A DNA stretch of 23,462 nt, taken from the IMG/VR virus record IMGVR_UViG_2617270947_000006; one strand, written 5' to 3'. The position numbers and the translations under genes were made by a program. Every line of letters starts with the position of its first letter. The stretch's first letter is position 1. Of this stretch, positions 18,081 through 23,462 are shown piece by piece. Source of the stretch: a virus. Taxonomy: Duplodnaviria; Heunggongvirae; Uroviricota; Caudoviricetes. The notes below the pieces were generated by a model that saw nothing but the letters and a program-made list of their open reading frames with translations, was not told the DNA's origin and did not search any database.

Positions 18081-19735
18081 CCCCGATCAAATTCATGATA
18101 TGCCTCATCGTCATCACGATAACCGCCCTCCATTGCCCGCGACCGCTCCGGCAGCGCCTGACAGGCTGATTCATCCAGGATGAAACCCTCCATGTATGAC
18201 GCCCGGTTTGCCATACAGAGTGCCACGGCAAAATCACCATGGCGGCGGGCGTTCGCAGCCGTTGCGTTCTGGTCCTTCGTGCGCCCCTTGTCGATTTGCG
18301 GGATACCATTCACCACCTTCACATGGCGCAAATCATCAAGCGTGGTCTGATGGCGGGCGACGAGGATATTCTGATCTTCAAACTCGGCTTTCAGTTTTGG
18401 CATCCACTCGCCGTACCACTTCGGCGACAACATCACGCAGTCGATGATGTCCGGGCCAAAGGCCAGCAGTGCGGCCTCTGCCAGATAGCCGCCGTTACCG
18501 GTGGCGTCGAACGCCGCACCGACCAGCGCCGGAACGCGGGTCAGGATGTACATCATCACCTGTTCCTGCTGGGCATACGGCAGGTTGCGCAGCTCCACGC
18601 GAAACACCTCGCGCTTTGCCAGGAGTTCGGTGATTTCCAGCAGCACAAAGCAGGACAGGTCACCGGTGCGGGCAAAGTCTTCCCCGAAGCTGAAGCGGGA
18701 ACGGGGATTTAATTTCTCTAAAAGCGGTTTTAAATGTTCTTCACACCAGGTTAAAACTTCCGATTCACGCAGCCATGCGGCACGGCTGATGAAGTCGTCC
18801 GGGGCTTCAAACGTCAGAATCGGGATGTCACGAATCATCGCCATTTCAATAAGCGCGTGAGGAATATAGGCACCGCCGGATTTTTTCGGGATACAGCCGT
18901 ATTCCTCGTCGGCATCCTCACGGGTCGGGGCGTTTTTGTAGAGATCATCACGCCATTTCTGCTCGCTTTCCGGTGACCATTCCTGATCGGTGACGTAACA
19001 GATACGACGGTACAGCCCGTCCGCAATGGCATCATCCAGGGTTATGCGGTGGACGCTGTAATCCTTGCGCCCCTCGCGGGCTTCCTGAATGTACTGATTA
19101 AACAGATTATCGACGCCGTTATGCGTGGAAATAATGCGCACGCGTGCGCCCCACATAGTGAGCGCCATTGCCGCCTTGAGAAGCTCATCCAGTGACTCGT
19201 GGAACGCGGCTTCATCAATCACCACATCCCCCTGAAGACCGCGCAGGTTTGACGGACGGGAAGACAATGCCTGAATTTTGAATCCACTGTTCGGAAAGCG
19301 GATCATGTAGGTCAGAATTTCTTCTTTTTTATCCCGATCCCAGAATGTCTGCTCATACACATCAGCATCTGCCAGCTGGTTAAAGGCACGGGAGAACAGC
19401 GCGCAGGCAGAAATATATTCCAGCGCCATCTCCTGTTTTGACCCCACATAAAACACATTACGGCCACCACGACGCTTAGGCTTTGCGGCGGTAATGACGT
19501 TACGCCCGGCTTCCGCCCAGGTAAGCCCGGTGCGTCGGGATTTCTCCGCGATGCAGACCTGACTTTCATCTGCAAACCAGCGGGCCTGATAATCCAGAAA
19601 CACCGGCATATCACCGGGCAAATCAAGGCTGTCCGGCACATCCACGCCCAGCAGGGCTTTTTCACCGGACAGATCAATTTTGCGGGGAGGTGTCATTTGT
19701 ATCAGTGAAGGAGACTTTTCTTTGGCTTTGTTCAT
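18071..19735 (-). CDS. Terminase large subunit (Mu gp28-like), 554 aa
   Basis: Size and position upstream of the portal gene; ATG 19733-19735 overlaps the stop of the preceding small gene (ATGA). Confidence 0.9.
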   Translation of the reverse strand: MNKAKEKSPSLIQMTPPRKIDLSGEKALLGVDVPDSLDLPGDMPVFLDYQARWFADESQVCIAEKSRRTGLTWAEAGRNVITAAKPKRRGGRNVFYVGSKQEMALEYISACALFSRAFNQLADADVYEQTFWDRDKKEEILTYMIRFPNSGFKIQALSSRPSNLRGLQGDVVIDEAAFHESLDELLKAAMALTMWGARVRIISTHNGVDNLFNQYIQEAREGRKDYSVHRITLDDAIADGLYRRICYVTDQEWSPESEQKWRDDLYKNAPTREDADEEYGCIPKKSGGAYIPHALIEMAMIRDIPILTFEAPDDFISRAAWLRESEVLTWCEEHLKPLLEKLNPRSRFSFGEDFARTGDLSCFVLLEITELLAKREVFRVELRNLPYAQQEQVMMYILTRVPALVGAAFDATGNGGYLAEAALLAFGPDIIDCVMLSPKWYGEWMPKLKAEFEDQNILVARHQTTLDDLRHVKVVNGIPQIDKGRTKDQNATAANARRHGDFAVALCMANRASYMEGFILDESACQALPERSRAMEGGYRDDDEAYHEFDRGCW

Positions 19736-19983
19736 CAGGCTTTACCTGTCAGAATGCTTTTGATTCGGAACTCAAGCTCTTCAGTCATCACGTCCACGCC
19801 ACTCAACTCATCAGTGACAGCCCCTGCCAGCAGCGAATGCAGTTGTTCCAGGGATATTTCCCCGGCAATGCTGAGTTCAGTCAACTCACGACACGCTTTT
19901 ATGGTTTCAGGAGGTAACTGTGTTGCAAGACTGAATGCCTTCTGATGAGCACTACTCATCAGTGAGCGGTTATCTGTTACCAC
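19735..19983 (-). CDS. Small protein (82 aa) whose C-terminus is paralogous to the small-terminase C-terminal tail; possible terminase accessory factor
   Basis: GTG start at 19981-19983 preceded by AGGAGGTGA; stop overlaps the TerL ATG. C-terminus LAGAVTDELSGVDVMTEELEFRIKSILTGKA aligns with ANAVTDELRGVDGMSEQIEFRIRQMLLGKA at the end of the upstream 193-aa protein. Confidence 0.6.
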   Translation of the reverse strand: MVTDNRSLMSSAHQKAFSLATQLPPETIKACRELTELSIAGEISLEQLHSLLAGAVTDELSGVDVMTEELEFRIKSILTGKA

Positions 19984-19993
19984 GATTCACCTC

Positions 19994-20575
19994 CTACGCC
20001 TTACCAAGCAGCATCTGCCTGATACGGAATTCTATCTGCTCGCTCATGCCATCCACGCCGCGCAACTCGTCGGTGACGGCGTTCGCCATCTCTTCAGCAA
20101 ATGCGGCCCGGATTTCTTTTTCACGCTTAATGCTGCGCTCGGCGGCACTTTCCGCACGCTGTGCCGACAGGAGGATGTCCTTAATAAGGCGCATATCCAC
20201 ATCGCTGTCGCTGTTCAGGGATTCGGTGGCGGCACGCAGACGGCGGTACATCAGGGCACGGGACATCTCCAGAATCAGTGCCGTGGTTTCACCGGTCGGC
20301 TTATCCCCCAGTTCGGCCATCATGGCTTTTGTCTGCTCGCGTAAATCACGCAGATTACGGGCAATCAGCTCATTACGGGAGGCTTCCCGGCTGATGGCCG
20401 CCGGTGAAAGCTGCTGCTCTTCCGGCAGGCCTGCCTCACGGATCAGACGGTTGATTTCCTCGCGGATCTGGACCTGCGTCAGGCGTTTTTCACGCAGCAT
20501 TTCCAGCAGCGGCTTACGGATGCTGTCGGGGAGCAAATCCACCTTGCGTACACGGCCACGCGTCGGCTTATCCAT
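19994..20575 (-). CDS. Terminase small subunit / DNA-binding packaging protein (Mu gp27-like), 193 aa
   Basis: Charged, helical protein directly upstream of TerL. Confidence 0.75.
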   Translation of the reverse strand: MDKPTRGRVRKVDLLPDSIRKPLLEMLREKRLTQVQIREEINRLIREAGLPEEQQLSPAAISREASRNELIARNLRDLREQTKAMMAELGDKPTGETTALILEMSRALMYRRLRAATESLNSDSDVDMRLIKDILLSAQRAESAAERSIKREKEIRAAFAEEMANAVTDELRGVDGMSEQIEFRIRQMLLGKA

Positions 20576-20577
20576 CG

Positions 20578-20868
20578 TTACCCCCTTGCGCGTGGTTTCT
20601 TCACACCCGGAACAGTGGCACGACCTTCCGCCACATCCTGACCCCGGCCGGTCAGTTCAGCGATGAAATAACCGTTAACAAGCGTGCGCTTACGCACCAG
20701 TCCCTGCTCAGCAAGCCAGGCAATGTGGGTGTGAACGGTGTCGCGGGACACGCGGTGGCCGTAATCATCCAGGCAGTCCTGAAGCACGGATTCGCCCAGT
20801 TCGCCGTTGTAATCCGCCAGCGACCGCAGAATGACAAGACGCTGATCTTCAGTAATGAAATCACTCAT
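20578..20868 (-). CDS. Mu gp26-like small protein, 96 aa
   Basis: Synteny between the lysis-associated genes and the small terminase. Confidence 0.55.
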   Translation of the reverse strand: MSDFITEDQRLVILRSLADYNGELGESVLQDCLDDYGHRVSRDTVHTHIAWLAEQGLVRKRTLVNGYFIAELTGRGQDVAEGRATVPGVKKPRARG

Positions 20869-21172
20869 TGTGTTTTTTCCTTACAGCCTGCTCCAGCAGC
20901 AGTTCGTTCTGGTGGGAGACGGATTTCAGGGTGGCATTGGTGGCCTTAAGCTCACCGCGCAGGGTGGTGATTTCGATATTGAGTCTGTTCACCTCCTGCT
21001 GCGTGGGCAGGCCGGAAATCCTGCTCTCCACCCGCTCAACCCGGTCGGAGAGTTTTTCAAAGGCCTCGCGGGGGACAAAGGTTTTGCGCATCAGCGCCAT
21101 AAAGATCCCCCCGGCCGTGGCTGTTGCCGACAGGATCGGCACGACATAATCTTTAACGATGCTGACCCACAT
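20861..21172 (-). CDS. Membrane-anchored coiled-coil protein (Mu gp25-like; candidate releasin/holin-like lysis factor), 103 aa
   Basis: ATG 21170-21172 preceded by GGAGG. One N-terminal hydrophobic segment (VVPILSATATAGGIFMALM) followed by a coiled-coil-like region; sits in the lysis-cassette position. Confidence 0.6.
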   Translation of the reverse strand: MWVSIVKDYVVPILSATATAGGIFMALMRKTFVPREAFEKLSDRVERVESRISGLPTQQEVNRLNIEITTLRGELKATNATLKSVSHQNELLLEQAVRKKHNE

Positions 21173-21380
21173 GACCGGCCTCCATGATGCTCTGGCAGTT
21201 CACACAACGGATGGCATCCGGCACGGCAACCAGACGGGCGGCCGGAATGTCACCCCCGCAGTCTGCGCATACACGCCTGCCCGGAGTCTCCTCCACCCGG
21301 CACTTACGTGTCAGCCGGTCACAAAGGGCGCGTTCTGTTGCCCGCTCCACGACTGCCTGAGCACAATCTGAATCATCCAT
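21153..21380 (-). CDS. TraR/DksA-family C4 zinc-finger protein, 75 aa
   Basis: Start placed at ATG 21378-21380 (MDDSDCAQ...) preceded by AAGGA. Contains CADCGGDIPAARLVAVPDAIRCVNCQ, a CxxC-x17-CxxC motif typical of TraR/DksA zinc fingers. Confidence 0.75.
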   Translation of the reverse strand: MDDSDCAQAVVERATERALCDRLTRKCRVEETPGRRVCADCGGDIPAARLVAVPDAIRCVNCQSIMEAGHVGQHR

Positions 21381-21390
21381 ACCTTTTTCC

Positions 21391-21762
21391 TTACTTCGTC
21401 TTTCCTGCCGGAACAGCAGTCGTTCCGGCCATATCAGTAAATTCATGCTGTCGCTGTGCCTCCAGACGGCGGATGCTGGCCTTGTCCACGTTGCAGTTCT
21501 TAATCACCGCCAGCAGTTGCAGGTTGTAAGTGACCGATGCGCCAAACGTGAACGGCTGCGGCACAGGAGGAACCAGACAGTCAGCCAGCCATTCAGCGGG
21601 GATCGGCACCGGCTTCACCGGCACGTATTTCACAGACGGCCCGCCGCACCCGGTCAGCCACATCATCAGGCACAGGAACAGAGGCCGCAGGCACCGTTGC
21701 CAGCGACCGGCGGACAATGCTCTGCTGTTCCTCGCTGTGCTGCATGTTCTGCTGTTTTTCAT
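21391..21762 (-). CDS. Outer-membrane spanin lipoprotein (o-spanin, Rz1-like), overlapping the i-spanin gene in another frame
   Basis: Lipobox L-T-G-C preceded by a hydrophobic stretch (RCLRPLFLCLMMWLTGC); the mature part is proline-rich (VPVKPVPIPAEW, LVPPVPQPF). Start not certain: ATG 21760-21762 or an internal TTG. Confidence 0.6.
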   Translation of the reverse strand: MKNSRTCSTARNSRALSAGRWQRCLRPLFLCLMMWLTGCGGPSVKYVPVKPVPIPAEWLADCLVPPVPQPFTFGASVTYNLQLLAVIKNCNVDKASIRRLEAQRQHEFTDMAGTTAVPAGKTK

Positions 21763-22093
21763 TCGTGGCCGCCTTACTGATTTGTGAAATGAGTTGCAGG
21801 GTACGTTGCTGGTTTGCCAGCACCAGACGGGCTTCGTCCCGTTCACGCACAAGCACATGATTATTGTCTTCAAGGCGCTGCGTCTTCTGGTGCATTCCCC
21901 ATACCACGGCAGCCAGCACGCTCATCACCCCCAGCGCCGCCATACACCCTCCGGCAATCAGGGCCGGTAAGGGATTATTCACCGCAGCCACAGCACACCC
22001 CGGAGCACCACAACGACACACAACAGCGCAATCATGAGTGGTCGCCAGAAGCGGTTCAGACTTTCGGCAAATCGTAGCGACATAACCATTCAT
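21593..22093 (-). CDS. Inner-membrane spanin (i-spanin, Rz-like); start ambiguous
   Basis: Single transmembrane segment (ALIAGGCMAALGVMSVLAAVVWG) followed by a charged coiled-coil periplasmic domain; the o-spanin gene is embedded and overlapping. Start is either ATG 22091-22093 or GTG 21980-21982. Confidence 0.55.
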   Translation of the reverse strand: MNGYVATICRKSEPLLATTHDCAVVCRCGAPGCAVAAVNNPLPALIAGGCMAALGVMSVLAAVVWGMHQKTQRLEDNNHVLVRERDEARLVLANQQRTLQLISQISKAATNEKQQNMQHSEEQQSIVRRSLATVPAASVPVPDDVADRVRRAVCEIRAGEAGADPR

Positions 22094-22131
22094 CCGCCGA
22101 ACGGCGGGCCTCAAGACCGGGGAGTTTTACC

Positions 22132-23462
22132 CATAAGCGCTAACTTAAGGGTTGAACCATCTGAAGAATGCGACGCCTCGGTGCCTCGTTAAGACGATGC
22201 CTCGCGTTCTTCAATTGCGTTTTGTAGGCTGTCAGGGATACTGTCCCACGAATGGCCACCTGTAAGCTCCAGATGACCATTTTTGTTATTCTCCACAACG
22301 AGTTAGTTCTTCTTTTCGGATCCGGCACTTCTGGGGGGGAAATCCAGCGATGGCTGGATTATGTCGTCAATTAAAAATGCGGCGAGTAGATTAGCAAATA
22401 TCCACGCTTTCGCGAGTTCAGGTTCCTTTGCACGCAAAGCATCCAGGTGCAGCAAACTTTTGAGCCGCTTAAAAGCCAGTTCAATTTGCCATCGCAGACG
22501 GTAACAATCAGCCACTTGCTCTGCTGAATATTCATCTTCCGGTAATGATGTTAGCAATAACACATGGCCCGCTGCTTCCAGCGTTTCCGCCTGAACTACT
22601 CGTCCTTTTCGACGATTCTCGCTGAGCAGTCGGGTTTTACTGATTAATGCTTTTTCGGGAGGAAGTGATACGGCAATGAGACGTGCCGGAAAGGGAGCTC
22701 CGGCTTTTTTATTACCTGAATTGCCTATCATTACAGTGGTTTCACCGTTCTTACCGCAATCCAGCCCGCGCAGAAAACCCATCATGTCAAAGCGCATTCC
22801 TTCTGCAGTTAACCAGCGCAATCCTCGCCAGTGAACCCGGACGATATAATCAGCTTCTCCAAAAGCAAGTGAGCGGATACATTCGGGACGCGAACCGAAT
22901 CCCCGGTCAGCAATGCGTATCTCGTCTGCCGTTTGCGCAAATCGGTCCAGCCGTTCAGCGTCTCTGCTGTCGGTTAGCTCAAAATCAGTGAACTGACAGG
23001 TATGAGGATCATATCCCATATGTAGTCGCCATTCAGCGCTGCCGCCCCCGGGCGCACTGATTGCTGTTCCATCGACAAGACGCAATCTCTTTCCGCTTGT
23101 ACAACCCGTAACTGCGGCGCGTACAGCAAGTGTTTGTGCGGCAAGTATGCCAAACCAGTCGGCGGCATTCCGCAGCCGCTTCAGGAGAGCCACGTCAGAT
23201 AATGTTGCAACGTCATGGAGCTGAGCCCATGCAGTGACTTCACGTAATGACATCCCCCCGGGGCCGTAAGCCAGCCCCAGACGTAGCAGAGTTGCAGCAT
23301 CACGAATTTCGCGGCGGCGGGTTAGAGCCCCGGCATTACGTGCCGAAGTATCCAGTTCTTCGGGCTTACCAATATGGGCCAGAATTGCTGACCAGTTATC
23401 GTGAGAGTAATTCATCGGCACGTTAAATCATATCAGGCGTAATACCACAACCCTTAAGTTAG
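22132..23462 (-). mobile_element. IS186-type insertion sequence (IS4 family), truncated by the window end
   Basis: Terminal sequence CATAAGCGCTAACTTAAGGGTTG at 22132-22154; its 15-nt core (22141-22155) is mirrored by CAACCCTTAAGTTAG at 23448-23462 at the window edge. Encodes one 370-aa DDE transposase with the IS4-family Y-x2-R-x3-E-x6-K signature. About 8 bp of the right inverted repeat should lie beyond the window. Confidence 0.85.
22303..23415 (-). CDS. insL: IS186 transposase (IS4 family DDE), 370 aa
   Basis: The translation MNYSHDNWSAILAHIGKPEEL...DCYRLRWQIELAFKRLK matches IS186 InsL of E. coli as I recall it. Start placed at ATG 23413-23415; the track start is a GTG two codons upstream. 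Confidence 0.8.
   Translation of the reverse strand: MNYSHDNWSAILAHIGKPEELDTSARNAGALTRRREIRDAATLLRLGLAYGPGGMSLREVTAWAQLHDVATLSDVALLKRLRNAADWFGILAAQTLAVRAAVTGCTSGKRLRLVDGTAISAPGGGSAEWRLHMGYDPHTCQFTDFELTDSRDAERLDRFAQTADEIRIADRGFGSRPECIRSLAFGEADYIVRVHWRGLRWLTAEGMRFDMMGFLRGLDCGKNGETTVMIGNSGNKKAGAPFPARLIAVSLPPEKALISKTRLLSENRRKGRVVQAETLEAAGHVLLLTSLPEDEYSAEQVADCYRLRWQIELAFKRLKSLLHLDALRAKEPELAKAWIFANLLAAFLIDDIIQPSLDFPPRSAGSEKKN

Noticed and set aside
21814-22077. 87-aa plus-strand ORF across the spanin start region
   Set aside because: Antisense to the lysis cassette, Pro/Ser/Gln-rich translation, no ribosome-binding site.
22140-22328. 62-aa minus-strand ORF at the left end of the IS
   Set aside because: It lies inside the IS186 terminal region downstream of the transposase stop and is probably non-coding IS end sequence.
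1-23462. Looked for CRISPR arrays, tRNA-like sequences, direct repeat arrays and a stand-alone defence or toxin-antitoxin cassette
   Set aside because: No regularly spaced direct repeats or tRNA-like structures were seen. Every minus-strand ORF of 60 aa or more is accounted for by the Mu-like late-gene synteny or by IS186, and the non-coding gaps are too short to hold an additional system.

Overview
The window is the late (morphogenesis) region of a Mu-like transposable prophage. About 30 tightly packed, mostly overlapping genes lie on the minus strand in canonical Mu order: lysis-associated genes, small and large terminase, portal, F, G, protease/scaffold I, major head T, head-tail connector proteins, sheath, tube, tail chaperone, tape measure, N, P, baseplate and tail fibre. 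The high-coordinate end is occupied by an IS186-type (IS4 family) insertion sequence cut by the window edge, sitting where the endolysin and late-activator genes would be expected. The low-coordinate end has a terminator hairpin and a convergent Tfa-like gene fragment. I saw no tRNA, rRNA or CRISPR array. I do not see a stand-alone novel system such as a defence island; every minus-strand ORF of 60 aa or more fits the phage synteny. The points worth a second look are the IS insertion next to the lysis cassette, a short gene carrying a second copy of the small-terminase C-terminal tail and coupled to TerL, a possible frameshift extension of the tail chaperone, an atypical tail-fibre module, ambiguous spanin starts with a hidden 36-aa membrane peptide, and two conspicuous intergenic gaps (G-I and F-G). 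All family assignments rest on my reading of the translations, gene sizes and gene order; no database search was run.
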